DNA of 64,000 bases from Podarcis pityusensis (taxonomy: Eukaryota), in the NCBI GenBank assembly GCA_964106645.2, contig OZ067042.1. One strand, given 5' to 3'. The notes under the pieces are model-generated. The model did not search any database. It had not been told where the DNA came from and saw only the letters and a program-made list of their open reading frames with translations. This document shows, one piece after another, positions 23,753 to 36,719 of the stretch; the first letter of the stretch is position 1, and each line of letters opens with the position of its first letter. The position numbers were made by a program, and so were the translations under genes.

Positions 23753-26700
23753 CCTTACGAGTTCCTTCTCAAGTAGATGCTTTTTAGGGTGAATTTTGCA
23801 TCAAGGCCAGAGCTAGACTTCCTTCTTTAGGGACGAGGAGGCTGTGGGAAGTTTATACCAGTGCACGGGGGAGAGAACATGATCGATACTGAGGACTATT
23901 TTGTTGAGTCCAATGGCTTTTGAATTCAACAGCCAAAGCAATTCTATGTGAAAGAGGCAATTGCTGGCTCTTGAATCCTATATCTAGAATGGAGTGTAGA
24001 TGCCTAGCAAATATTCAGACTGGCAGCAGGGCAAGATCTTAAACCTGCCGTGATCAAGCAAGTCATGTGACATGAAAGGAAGGAATGTCCCATGTAAACT
24101 ATTAAAGGCCCATCTGATTCCAGTTGTACAGCATGACAAATAATTATATATGAAATTTCTATGCCCTGCAGAAAAATGTTAGCCCTTTGATCTAAGCAGA
24201 GCATCTCGCCTGCATCAAAGGAACAGAGCACTTTGTCCTAGGGTACTGTGAGCCAACCCAGTTTCAACAGTGTTTGCGTCTAAGGTTTTACTTCTGTGTT
24301 GTTGAGGTGTGCCAAAAGCACATGGGACCTGTTCCGTTTTTCAAAGTAGATGGGGAGTCTGAGCATTGTCTTCTGGCGGAGGTCTCTCTTTCTAACAACA
24401 ACAACAACAATTTCTACCTCACCCATCTGGCTGGGTTTCACCAGCCACTCTTAGAACTTATCTGTTTTTATTGTGTGCTTGCTTTGCCTTTGCTGATTTT
24501 GGAGCCAGCTGTAGCGCTTGGGGTCGGCCAAGTGGTGTATAGCTAAACCATATGGCGTGAAAGCATGGATAACATGACACCCTTCAACACAGTGACTTGC
24601 TGCCCTGCCTTGTCTGCAGGAAAACACACCCACACATAAAGCAGCACTTGGTACATAAGGACCATGATGGATGGTGGGCCTCTAGCATGGGGATCCATCT
24701 GGGGTCAGCCTGGCACTTTTGCAGTTTTGTATTCACATTTCCTGCCTTAAAGCACCCTGTTGTCTAGCTGCAAGCTGCCATGTGGCATAACACATTTCAC
24801 CATGTTGGCATAAAATAAGACTGCCAGCCTTAGCTCAGAACTGTCTGTGTCCCCAATTCACAGGTGGCCAGTTCCTCAAAGGGGGTGTGCAAGATTGCAC
24901 TTCTCAACATGGCAACAATGTAGAGCCATGTTCCCTCTCCCTGCAGCCCCAGCCTTTGGCTCTTGTTGAACTATTAGCTTCCAGCAAAGCATTTTTCACA
25001 CTTCTGGTTAGCAAGCTGCATTGATACACCTTTTGTAGGGTTGGGAAGCGGCACAGCATTGGGGGGGGGGGCTTTATTTGACGCTTGTCTCCATACAGAA
25101 GATGATTCCTGTTGCTTCTGTTGTGCATTCCACATCTATGCATATTTACACATGTTGGCCCCACTCAGTTCAGTGGGACTTACTCCCTAGTAAATGTACA
25201 TAGTGGTGTTGTGGGGATTCTTTTGTACCACCCCCCCTTCCCCCTTTGCAGAGCCTGCATATGTAACATTGGGAAAATCATTGCTTTAGACTAGAGAATT
25301 AATTCAGGCGCTCCGTTTTGTGGATTGGTTTGTTGATAAAAATGTGCCCTGTCTCAAATGGTTTACACCGGTCTCTCAGTCTTAGAGAATAATTCAAGCC
25401 CAGGCCATTCTAGAGACAAAGACAAATGCATTTTCCACCCTACCTTGCTAATCATTCTGGGCAGAGTTGTGCCACCTCAGGCCTTCAATTCATTTCCCTT
25501 AAACGCTTCCCTTCCTTTCTGATCTACCTAGTTGCTGATGAAGTGCAGCCTGGTTCAGGCTCCTTCTCCTTTGCCCCTCTCGGACTAATTGAATTAAGCG
25601 GGTGGGAAGTGAATCCAATTGACTAGATTAAATGAGCTGGGCACAGATCTGGGAAGAAATCGGGGCCTTAGAAGCGGAGCAAAGGAGCGCTTCCTGTGGC
25701 TACAGCTCTTCCGCTGCCCCGTGAACTGCACCCCCCCCAGGTGCCATCACTTCACCACCCTTTGCCTTTTGCTTAACCTCTCATCCCTGGTCTTCCAGCA
25801 GCCCCTGCTGGGAAAGTGCAATGGCTCCCCGTCTCCTCAGACATTTCCCCCTTCACTCTCTTCTGTTGCGCAGAGCCTCCTTACTCTCCTAGGTAATTAG
25901 TGGTTAATTAGCCAAGCTGTCTGACTTCGGCATGGCCCCCTCCACTCACGCTTCCCTCACGCTGGGCCTCAGGGCTGTGAGTGTGTAATGAACTGCAGGC
26001 TGGGGAAGGCCCCAGCCACATTTGCTCATTTAATTTCTGCTGCATCAGCTTGCAAGTGCATTGGCTTTGAGACTCTTGCTGTGCTGGAGGGGGCCTGGGA
26101 CCTCCAAGCTGTTAGGTTTAAGTTGTGCTCCGGGGAGCAAACGCTCTGGTGACAAGCACCAGCTGGGGCTAGAGGAGGCTGGAGAGCACTGTCCTCTTCA
26201 ACGCCAGCATTCCCAGACTGGCTTCCTCTCCCCGCTCCCCCGCTCCCGCCCCCAAGAAGAACTGTCCCTAGATACTTCCACACATCTGCTGCTAGTGGAG
26301 GGAAGAGCATGTTTGTGAGGATGAAACACACAGTCTCCATTTCCCTTTCGAAAGTGAGTGGAGACGGAGTGCAAACGCCTCTAGAAATAATGACATCTGA
26401 AATGGAAGGTTTTGCCTTTTTACACTTGAAATTCCTGTCTGGTCCATGTTTAGGGTCTCCCCAAGGTTTGGGTGACATTTTTATCAGCTGCTTTGAAGTT
26501 TTAATGTGTGTGCGCACTCTGGGCCCACACACACTCTGGGTTGTTCAACCTTTTCCTCCAAACATCCATATCCTGATGTAACTTCCCACACACCCTGCCC
26601 CAAACTATTTTTAAAAGTCAGGAACACCATCTGCACCTTTTCCTTCCCCCGCCCCAATGCCTCACTACTCATGGAGATAATAACAGTGGAGGGAGGGATT

Positions 26701-28886
26701 TATATAAAAGGACTAAAACCCTGTCCAGAGTAGCCACATGAGGGTGCTTAGTTAGTTTTCTCCTCCTCCTTAACACATACTGTAATCCTAATCCCAGATC
26801 TCCCACATGCCAAAGTTACACAAGAACAGCCCTATCCTACCCAGCTCCCTTGCTGATGTGGAAACTCAAAACATTTGCTATCACCATCTTGCCACATTTT
26901 AAATCCCTGATAGGCTGCAATATTTGCCAGCAAACATGGAGTTCCTGTCCATGAAACTGACAAGTAATCTATACACTGCCATTCATACTTAGCAGAGTTT
27001 TTAAAACTCACCTATCCAGCCTTAAAGATTATTTTACCAAGTAATATAGAAGCAGAGGACAGGAAATGAACCTCCATTCTTGGAATGCTTCCTGAATTGC
27101 GGAGGTGGCTGTGGCCTTCCTTGCAGAATGGGATGCTAATCTTGCTCATAGGTAGCAAGGCTTTAGGTTGAAATCAAACCAGGTATTATTGTTGTTTATT
27201 AAATATCTATACTGACCTTTATCCGAGGATCACAGGGCTGTTTACAATATAAAACACAACACTATTCCCCACTTCAAAAAGAGGAAAAATTAATTATGGT
27301 AAAATCAAAATGGAACATCAACTGTCCAGGATTTAGATCATGGTGATTTAACATCCTGTGCTTGACTTTTCCCACATAGTTAAGCCATAAGAATGGAAAT
27401 CTGCAATTAGCTAAAGGTGTGCTTAATAATGGTGATCAATGCTCTGTCTTTGCTTAATGAGCTGTTAAATTGCATCCCTGAGATAGATCACTAAGACCAG
27501 CCTGCCATTGTAGCTGGGAGGTGAGGTGTTGTGTTGCAGTGGTGAGGGCATAGTGCTCTCATTCTAACACAGATACACCATGCTTCCCTCCTAGCAGGAC
27601 TGAAAGGACTTGATATCAATGTTCTTCATTTGCCCTCTTGATTTACAAAGTCCCAGCGTTTTGGTCCTGAAGGGTGACTATGAATATGGTCTCCTAAGTT
27701 TCCCACTAGCCTCAAACACTGCAGCGAGACTGTATCTCCTGCTGCCATCGCCCACAGCCTGCTTTTATATCCAGGTGATTTTAAAGGCCTTCTAAGTGCA
27801 CAACAAGCAACCCAATTGCTTTCGAGCTCAGGTTGATTCAGCCTTCCAGCTGCAAGCTTTGAACATAATGCTCTTGTAAAATATGCTGGTCTATTATTGA
27901 GGTGTATGTGATGGATTTGTTATCTGATCTGTACCAGCATTTGAATAAGCACTCTTTCACAGCTGCTTTTGTTTTAATACAGTCAAACAACAGCAACAAG
28001 TGATGGAAGATACATCAAGGCTGTTGGAGTCCATTCTTTTAGTGTCTAAGCCTTTGTGAAACGCACCAGGCCAGAGTAAATCAAGTAGCCACTGGAGGTT
28101 TAGCATTGAGGTGAAATCTATTTCAGACAATGCAGGTATGACTCAAAGCAGCTTTACGTCCTGCAAAGAAGTCACTAAACAGGAATGATTATGTCATCTT
28201 AAAAAATGGTCTTTATTTCTTAAATTCAAATGTATGCATGGTACACTCACTTCTGTTGATCTTGTAACAAACTGAAAGAAATGCAGAGAGGAAGAGTTGG
28301 TTTTGCGCACAGAGCAATTAACAACCAGAACAAGTAAAAACTACCATCTCCACCAAAACAAATGGAAGGTGTACTCAAATGGGTATGTGTTTTTTTTGGT
28401 GCCAGGAAGAATGAATTATTCCCAGGGGGGCCAGTTCACACATGCATGAACATCACTTGATGACATGCAACTGACAAGTCTTGTCTATGCATGCAGCAGA
28501 GTGAGTTCTTGAGTTCTGAGGTTACATAATTTCTATGAGGTATACTTATAGTTCCCTATGTAGATGCTTGCCTGGCATCTCCCTGAGCCAGGGAGCAATT
28601 ACCCAAAAAGCTCTGATTAACTCTTATTTGACAGCAATTGAGAAAAATAACCTTGGCCAGAAGAGTTTTTGGCACTGATGATTTAACCTGACATCATGTG
28701 TCCTGTTGGCAGACCCTGGGAGGCGATATCCATCTGGAACCACTTACGTTATTCATTGTTTCTTACATTTGTTTTTAATTTGCCCTTATTTGACTCTGGC
28801 TGTGACCACCTAGCTGACTGCAGTATACACACTCCATTCCTTTTTTCCTGGGCTCAGGTTTTACACTCTGCTTACAAACAAACAAA

Positions 28887-28916
28887 AACCAACCAACCAA
28901 CCAACCAACCAACCAA
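28887..28916. repeat. (AACC)n microsatellite
   Basis: Read directly from the sequence. Confidence 0.9.
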
Positions 28917-29099
28917 AGAATGGAAGACAACAGAAGATGGCAGTCAACTCTTCCCCTCACAGTCCATAAATCAACCCCTCCCGCAGAGCCCCAGGCCAAC
29001 AGCCAGCTGCTCAATCCCAAGATTTCCCCCAGCTTTTGAGGGTTGAACAGAATGGGACTATAATATCTCCTCCAGCAAGTAGTGGCTAGAGAGAGGCTT

Positions 29100-29438
29100 T
29101 TCCTCCCTCTTTCATAATACTAGAGCCCCAGAGTCACTTAATGAAACTGAATGGTAGACCATTCAAGACAGACAAGAGAACTACAAGACTGTAGTTACAG
29201 CCACCAATTTGTATAGCTTTAACATGGGATTAGATAAATTCATGGTGGGCAAGGCTATCAATGGCTGAGAGTTACAATGGTTGTCTAATACCTCCAGGAT
29301 GAGAGGCAACAGGGAAACGGAGAGGGCTATTGCCCTTGTGTCCTGCTTGTGGACATCTGGTTGACTGCTGTGTGGAAACAGCACACTGGACTAGATAAGC
29401 TTTTGGGTTGCTCCAACAAGGCTACTCATGTTCTTATG
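29100..29438 (+). mobile_element. CR1 LINE 3' fragment
   Basis: GGATTAGATAAATTCATGG...GGCTATCAATGGCT (end of ORF2) and a terminal CATGTTCTTATG. Confidence 0.7.
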
Positions 29439-30856
29439 GACTCCGGGATCAACACAGGTTGTTTATAAGGTGCAGTTCTTTTCCTCTGTGACCAGTGTGG
29501 GCTGCATTGCTAGGCTGAACTATTGGAGATGATGAAATTCCATGATTGTATTGAAACAACTTGGGTCAGTAATAACAACAGTAGCATTGGCAGAACATTT
29601 CACTGTCTGCAAAGCGTTTCACATATATGCAGACCTTTTAGAAGAAAAAAAAAATCCCAAAAAGTGAGTGGTTTTATCCTCATATTGCAGTGGGGGATTA
29701 AGGCTGAGAGCCAAACTTGATGTGACATTATTTTGCCATGGGCTTAAAAAAAAAAAAAAATAGCTGGTGTGGAGGAGGGAGGCTTCAAGCTTTTGCCCCC
29801 ACCCTGGACCCAATCTGAATGGAATGATTCCACACCTGCTATCTGCAATGACAGGAAGCTCTCACTGGTAACAAGAACCTGTGGTTTTGAGTTCAGTGCC
29901 AGGACTCAGCACCAGTCCCCTGAATATATGCAGAGTTTAATTTCAGCCAGGTGTCACAAAGGTTTAAAATCTGGAAGCTGTTTTCAATGCCTGCGAATCT
30001 GCCTTCATTATGTAATACACTGTGTCTAACTAGAACGAGTTCCAAGTTTATTAAAGAGAAGGTGGGGAGCGTAAGAGAAAATGAAACAAGCTGCACAATA
30101 CACAAAAGTAAAATGCAACTACAAGTCTAATATTAGACAGGCAGGAGCTTAACTTCCAGCACTATAACTCCTAAGGGGCCACAGCAGCATATTAGAAATT
30201 CAAACTAAGTAAAGCAATGTAGTTCACTCTTTAAAAAAACAGCTCTGCAGAAAAGTGGGAAACCACTTAGATCTTACAACTCATGAACAAATCAAAAGAG
30301 GGAGGGAAGATAAATTTCAACATTTTTGGCCATGGCCTGAGCAGGATGCTGAACTAGAGGAGCCACTGGTCTGATCCACAGGCTCTCCTTATGTTCTTAA
30401 AAGTAACTGGCACATATATATTTTTGGAACTCTCTATGGACTGAGTAGAAAACAGGATTTCTCTTTGCACTATGTACCCCACTGTACCATCATCACATTA
30501 GAGATCTTGGTGTGCTGGTAATTGGTAGCTGGCCCCCTCACCACACTTTTCTATTCACATTAGCTGAAAGATGGGCTGTGGATTGGACTCTGGCAGAGAT
30601 TCCCTCTTTGTTTGACACCTTTCAAGAGAAATACCACAGGCTATTTGATAGACTATCAAAGGAAATTGTTCCTCTTTGTAACAGCTAAAAAGCCAGGCTA
30701 GATAAAGTGTACATTTTGGCATTTTTTTTTTTTAAATTGTGGCAGGATAGAGAATGTCATTCTGGAGATAGGAGTACTGTACAGTACTATATAAAAAGAG
30801 AAAAACAGCTATGGTATCAGAGTTTGGTAATTTGGTGAGGTATAGTGACAGTATAA

Positions 30857-31200
30857 GGGACACGGGTGGCGCTGTGGGTTAAACCACAGAGCCTAGGACT
30901 TGCCGATCAGAAGGTCGGTGGTTCAAATCCCCATGACGGGGTGAGCTCCTGTTGCTCGGTCCCAGCTCCAAACAACCTAGCAGTTCGAAAGCACATCAAA
31001 GTGCAAGTAGATAAATAGGTGCCGCTCCAGCGGGAAGGTAAACGGTGTTTCCGTGCGCTGCTCTGGTTCTCCAGAAGCAGCTTAGTCATGCTGGCTACAT
31101 GTACGCCAGCTCCCTTGGCCAATAAAGCGAAATGAGCGCCGCAACCCCAGAGTCGGCCACGACTGGACCTAATTGTCAGGGGTCCCTTTACCTTTACCTT
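30857..31200 (+). mobile_element. Sauria SINE (Podarcis/lacertid type), near full length
   Basis: tRNA-like head GGGACACGGGTGGCGCTGTGGG...GGTTCAAATCCC, (ACCTTT)n tail, and a degenerate TSD TAGTGACAGTATA (30843) / TAGTTACAGAATA (31201). Confidence 0.92.
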
Positions 31201-31238
31201 TAGTTACAGAATATCCTTGCCCTTGAATCACTTGAATC

Positions 31239-31400
31239 TACCTGGGCAGTTATCTTTCTACAAGGGCTGACATTGATGCAGAAATCCAGCATCTCCTGAG
31301 CTCTGCGAGTGCGGCTTTCTCCCTGTTGAAGTGCAGAGTGTTTGAGGACCGGGACATTCGTAGGGAAACCAAAATGCTTGTTTACAAAGCTATTGTACCC
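31239..31400 (+). mobile_element. Internal RTE-clade LINE ORF fragment
   Basis: Open frame YLGSYLSTRADIDAEIQHLLSSASAAFSLLKCRVFEDRDIRRETKMLVYKAIVP fits the RTE-1 post-RT motif YLGS...ID.EI...A..AF..L..RVF....I...TK..VY.A.V. Confidence 0.85.
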
Positions 31401-32255
31401 TTGAACCATGGAACACTGCTAAGATGCAAGCCTTTTAAGTAAAAAGTGAAATATATATTGAAAGTGCATTTAGTCATAGGTTAGAATTTGTGTTTTTATA
31501 TTATTTCAAACCAGTACTGATTCCTTCATCCTTGCCAACTCCATACATTTTTTAAATAAACCAAATTGGATTTGGTTTGGGCTCTATGATCCTAATGAAT
31601 CTTTACCACTTCTGACAGATCTAAAGGTGTGGGCTCAGCATGTGCTCTTTGCTGCAGGGGGAAACTGGCAGGGCTAGCAGCATCCCTAGAAGAGAAAAGG
31701 CAGCCTTCTGCCTTCCAAATAAAATGGAAGCTTTTGTCGAGCTCCCATACGTCTGGGTTTCCCTGGACCTTACTGGGATTTCAAATGCAGAATTTACATT
31801 GGGGGGGGGGAGAATTTCCCAAAGGCAGCACTTTGTCCTGGATCTTAGGCAAGTCAATTGAAATTTATTTTTTGTGTGTGTGTTTTTGTAAAAGAAAAAA
31901 AAAGGCTAAACAACCTTGGGGTTTGTGTAAAAAAAATCCCAAAAAGTTCAGTGGTTTTCTTTAAAAATAAGCCAGCTCAACAACATTCAGGATATCCTGG
32001 TTTTTAGTTTTTGATCTATGGCAACCCTAGCTTTTGCCATTTTTGCATATGGCGACTTGCACCAGGGGGACATGAACCACAGCCTCTCTTGATTTGCACT
32101 GGTACTTCAGGGCAAAGGAATCTGTCTTACTGTGAGTGTTCCCTTTCTTGTGCCAGTGGGATTAGCTCAATGGTTTATTGATCAGTTTCCCCCCTTCTTG
32201 GCTGCAAGGTTCTCCAAGAGAAGGGCAGCTGCTTTGTCCCTAGTGTGCAGCCCTG

Positions 32256-32256
<1 letters not shown>

Positions 32257-32297
<41 letters not shown>

Positions 32298-32311
32298 CTC
32301 TCTCTCTCTCT
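32257..32311. repeat. (AC)n(CT)n microsatellite
   Basis: Read directly from the sequence. Confidence 0.95.
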
Positions 32312-33590
32312 TCTTACAATACCTTCAGAGTTCTCACCATGTCACTCTATTCTGACATTTATGCCCTCGCCCTCTGGTCTTGTGGTGCCTTCCAAATAAC
32401 TCCGCTGAAGTCCTTGGTTCAAACTGACCCACTCTTACCACTTCACTGTTTCCCCCTGTGGGCACAGGCAAGAGCTTTTTCTTGTCCCCCTCTTGCTTCA
32501 ACTTTGCAAACAAGTTGAATCAGAGTCAGATTGCCTCCCCATTTCTCTCTCTTTCTCTTTCTCTTCAGCAATTAATTTGTGGAAGGAGCTGCATCATTTT
32601 CTCCCACTGCCTCCTAAGCGAAATGTGTGTCTCATTTGCTGTGGGAATGCTGAACGCTGTATTCGGTATTTAGAGCACGAGCAAGGAAAACCTCAAATTA
32701 ATAACCCTCCCACTCACCATCGGAGTGAATGGGGGTGGAGGAGAGGGAGGGGGGAGGGCCGCATGCAAGCAGGAGAAATGATTAGAAAGAGATTTTCTAT
32801 CAAGGCAAGAGCTCAAGAAGAGGGGGAAGGAAAGCAGGAGAAGGGTGCTGGGAGCCACAAGAGCAAGAGGTGATCTGCTTCCTGGCTCCTGGGTCTGTGT
32901 GTGGGTACCACCTGCTCTGCAACGTAGGGGGTTGGAGGTGTTACTGCTCTTCAGAGGACAATCTGGAGTCAAGGTAGCCTACGCCACCCAGGCTTTTCGA
33001 ACGAGAAAATGTGGAATAGCCAGCGGTCTTCTTTTGATTGGTCCTAGGGGTGTGAGAATACTAGGCATATTTCTCCTTCGCCTTGAACATGGTGAGAAAG
33101 GTGCCAAGATAGTGTTTTCTCTGGAGACTCTATATGCAAGAAAGTTCCAGGGAAAGGGAATGGGGAGGAGTAGGACAGTGAGCACTTGCCAAAGCCAGTA
33201 AAACTCATGGGGGGAGACACCTCTAGGAGCATAAAGGACCTAGAAGCAGCAGCAATGGATTGCCCTTCCTCCAGACTCTGGGTCCTTGTAAGACCATCTT
33301 ACTTGGGCTGCCCTTTGGGGCTTGGGGTTAAGTCAGCGAAGGATAGGGAAATCAGCTGGTTTTGAGAAAGTGTTATTCTGTGTCACTGAGCTTAGCTTTG
33401 TTGCTTGCCCCCAAGCCATGGGAGGAGGGATGGGGGCTATTTTAATTAGCACAAAGTAAAATCTGAACTAAGTTTGGTTTTTCATATTGTGACTCTCATT
33501 AGAGCAACACATTTACACTCCAAGTTCACAAAGGGAATGGCCTCTCTTTTGGTCCCTAGGAGCCATTGGGAGAAATTCAATGTAGCGCTG

Positions 33591-33805
33591 TTATTCATTA
33601 TGTTTATATCCCTCCTTTCATCTAAGGAGCTCAGACTTGCGTACATTCTTTTGGTTTCATCCTCACAACAACCCTGAGAGGCAGGTAAGACTGAGAGGCA
33701 GTGACTGGCCCAAGGTTACCCAGAAAGCTTCATGGCTCAGTGGGGATGTGAACCCTGACCTTGCAGGTCCTAGTCCAACACTCTTAACCACACCACCACA
33801 CTAGT
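33591..33805 (-). mobile_element. CORE-type (MIR-related) SINE
   Basis: ATCCTCACAACAACCCTGAGAGG...GACTGGCCCAAGGTTACCCAG core, with a reverse-strand tRNA head (GAACCCTG...CTCTTAACCACACCACCACACT). Confidence 0.8.
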
Positions 33806-35714
33806 GCTATGGCAATTGTTCTGTCGGAGCAAGCTTCTCGTCCCCATGTGCAAGTCTGGAGGTTCTCCTGACCTCCCTGAGCCAATTTTGGGGAGTACGT
33901 AGCCCCACTACACTAGTAGAAGTCCTTCTATGGGCTTCCACTAGCAAAACTGGTTACTGAATTCTGCCATTATGAATCCCTTTAGGGGTGAGGCAATTTG
34001 GTACCTTTGCTTCTTCTATCTGCAACTGCCTGGGAAATTCCAGTGTGGACTTTTTCTTTTTCTTTAAAGTGAATCATTGGAGACTGGAACTCTCAAGCAA
34101 GATGAATTGGAGTTCAAATATTAATCACAGGAAATAAATACTATAATCCCAATTGATCTGTTCATTTGATAAATGGCACTCACCTCAGTCTCCCATGTGT
34201 GCGCCCTCCAGACAGACTGCTGTCAATCTGGTGTCAGCTGCTCTCTGTGTGACACTCCATCTATCAGATGAAATTAACAATGACATTTCTCAAGTTTTCC
34301 CTAGTCAGTTTCTCTTTCCCTCTCCCCCTCCCCGCCCCCGTGTTTGCCTTCTGCATGGGGAAGGCAGCACCCTTCACAGAAAGCTTACTTTTAAAAAAGC
34401 GGGGGAGGATGCTGATAATTTGAGATCCAGGCATTTCTCGAGGAGCTGTGATATGCACATACTCTGGCAACTCCCTTCCTTGCTACAGCAGGCTTAATGC
34501 AACTCTTGCACATTCACACATGTTCCCGATACCTTCTTTTTGCCGTTCTGTATTTGTGTTATACAGTCTTGCATTGTGGTGTCACTGAGGGCTCCTGTAA
34601 CTTGCAGAGACCCCACGCCTATTAGGCACAGGCTATCTGGAGTACCCTGAAAAACGTAACTGAGACCTGAGGACCTGGCACTCTCTGCAAAAAGGCTGAG
34701 CAAAATTGCTGCCAGGCCCCTTTTCTACCCAGTCTCTTGGAGAAAACAGAACAGGAAGATGGTCCCATAAAGTTTACTGCTTGCTCGAGCACATCAGTGT
34801 GGCAGCCCTCTCCTCAACCAGGATAGCAAAACTCTAATAATAAATTAAATAATCAACAGTAAGCTGTTCGTGAATGGCCCCCCAAAATTTGCATCCTTTC
34901 CCTGCAGATCAGCCCTGTCAATCAGCTTCCCACTTTCTCTGCCAGCTCACACTTGTGGTTCCTGCTTGGTATTGAGAAAAGCAGTTTCTGAATTGCTTAT
35001 GGACAGCAGCCCACAAGTCCCAAGGCTGGGGCTATCACTCTCTCTGTGCCCCTCTGGACTGTCGAATGCAAGGCCACATGGCACCCCCCCAAAAAAAAAA
35101 CCCTTATCCCTGACCAAAGATATTTCACGCAGCCCATTTTCCTGATGAGCACAGGCTGCCCATACTCACTTGGAAGAATTTCAGGTGGCATTTGCTTCAG
35201 GGAAATGAATCTCCACATCCATTATGGGGCACAATGGGAACACGCCATCAGCTCCGGGTCTCCAAAGGTCTGTAGCTTTCTTATGCTCTTTGGGAAATAA
35301 AGCACCTCAGGAAGGGGAAAAGGGGAAACTCTAATTAGTCTTGTCCCCTTCCCTTTGCTTCACACACGATAGTGCTCAATAATTACGTGGAATGTTAGCT
35401 CCTCCAAATGGGTGTGGCTTGGGGGTGTTTCACAAATCTTTAATAAAATGAGTGAACTGTTTATTTCCTCTGCCCCAGCTCTGTGGGGAGATGTACAAAC
35501 TCCAAATTCCTCTTGCAAAGAACATGAGCAAGAACAGAGAAGGACATATTGACTGGAGTAGCCCATGTCATCCTGAGCCAGCTCTGCCAGTGCTGAATAC
35601 AGGCATTGTAATTAAGGAAATTATTTGACGTCGGGGGAGGCGAGGCAAAGGAGCAACAGCAGTCATGGAAGTACTGATGGGGGGGTATTTAACTCTATAG
35701 AGGTGTGACTCCCC

Positions 35715-35732
35715 CACGCCACCTGTTGGCCA
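35715..35732 (-). promoter_or_regulatory. Candidate CTCF site
   Basis: Reverse strand TGGCCAACAGGTGGCGTG versus consensus TGGCCASYAGRKGGCRSY. Confidence 0.5.
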
Positions 35733-36719
35733 CCATGGAACAGTTCAGTTTCTCCACGGTGGTATCGTAGACTGGGTTAAGGCTGGAATCAATTTGGCTG
35801 GCATTTTAGCAGTACAGCAGAGACCAGAATATGAGCAGTACTCATTAATTAAGATTAATGGTGTGGGTCGAGGAAAGTGAAGAAGATGCGTTATCTGCAT
35901 TTCCAGGCTTCACAGAAAGATGCCCTCTTTTTTAAAAAAGCCAAAATTTTCCTAGCATTTTTTGTTTTAAGAAAAACATGAGAATTACCGAAAGGAACAA
36001 CCAAGAAGCCAAGAGTGAGATGGGCTATATGGCAATCTAGCCAAGAAGCTGTTACTCGCATAAATCTCATTTCCAACTTACCGGGATATGCCCTGCAACT
36101 TATTCCTGGACCACTGTGATGCATTTTCTTTTGTGGCAACCCTGGGCCAGTACAGTCCACCATCCCTTGCTGTAAACATGCTGCGGTCTCTATAAAGGTC
36201 CTCATTAGTCAAGTGGATGGGTATTGGACCAGGACAGGCTGCAATCCATCTAGAGTGCACTGCAGGAGCGAAATACATCACCATGCTGTGATACCTCTGA
36301 TCCAACATCTGAAATCCATCCAGGACAAGTGTTCTCTTAGCTTAGCTACTGGCCCTCTGACAGCTGCCTGCTGTCTGGCTATTGGGCCTCCTCAGTGAGG
36401 AACTTCCTTTAGTCAGCGTGTCCCTTGTATCCCCTACAACCAGCCTTTCTAGCTGGTCTTAGAACCTGCCACCGCGTGTCCTGGCAAGCTCCTGCGTTTT
36501 TAGAGGATGCAACAGGCAGAATTCAACTGGTGAAGCTCTCCCACCACTACATATTGGGCTTATTATTTTTTCATAATAACGGAGCACTTAATTGCACATT
36601 AGCGCTGCCATCTTTTTTTTTTTTTTTAAAGAGAGGTGGAAGTGGCAACCCCACCCCAAGGACTGGTTCCTTCTAAGACCTCGGAGTCCCACCTGCTCCT
36701 CTGAAAGCCTTCTAGAGCG

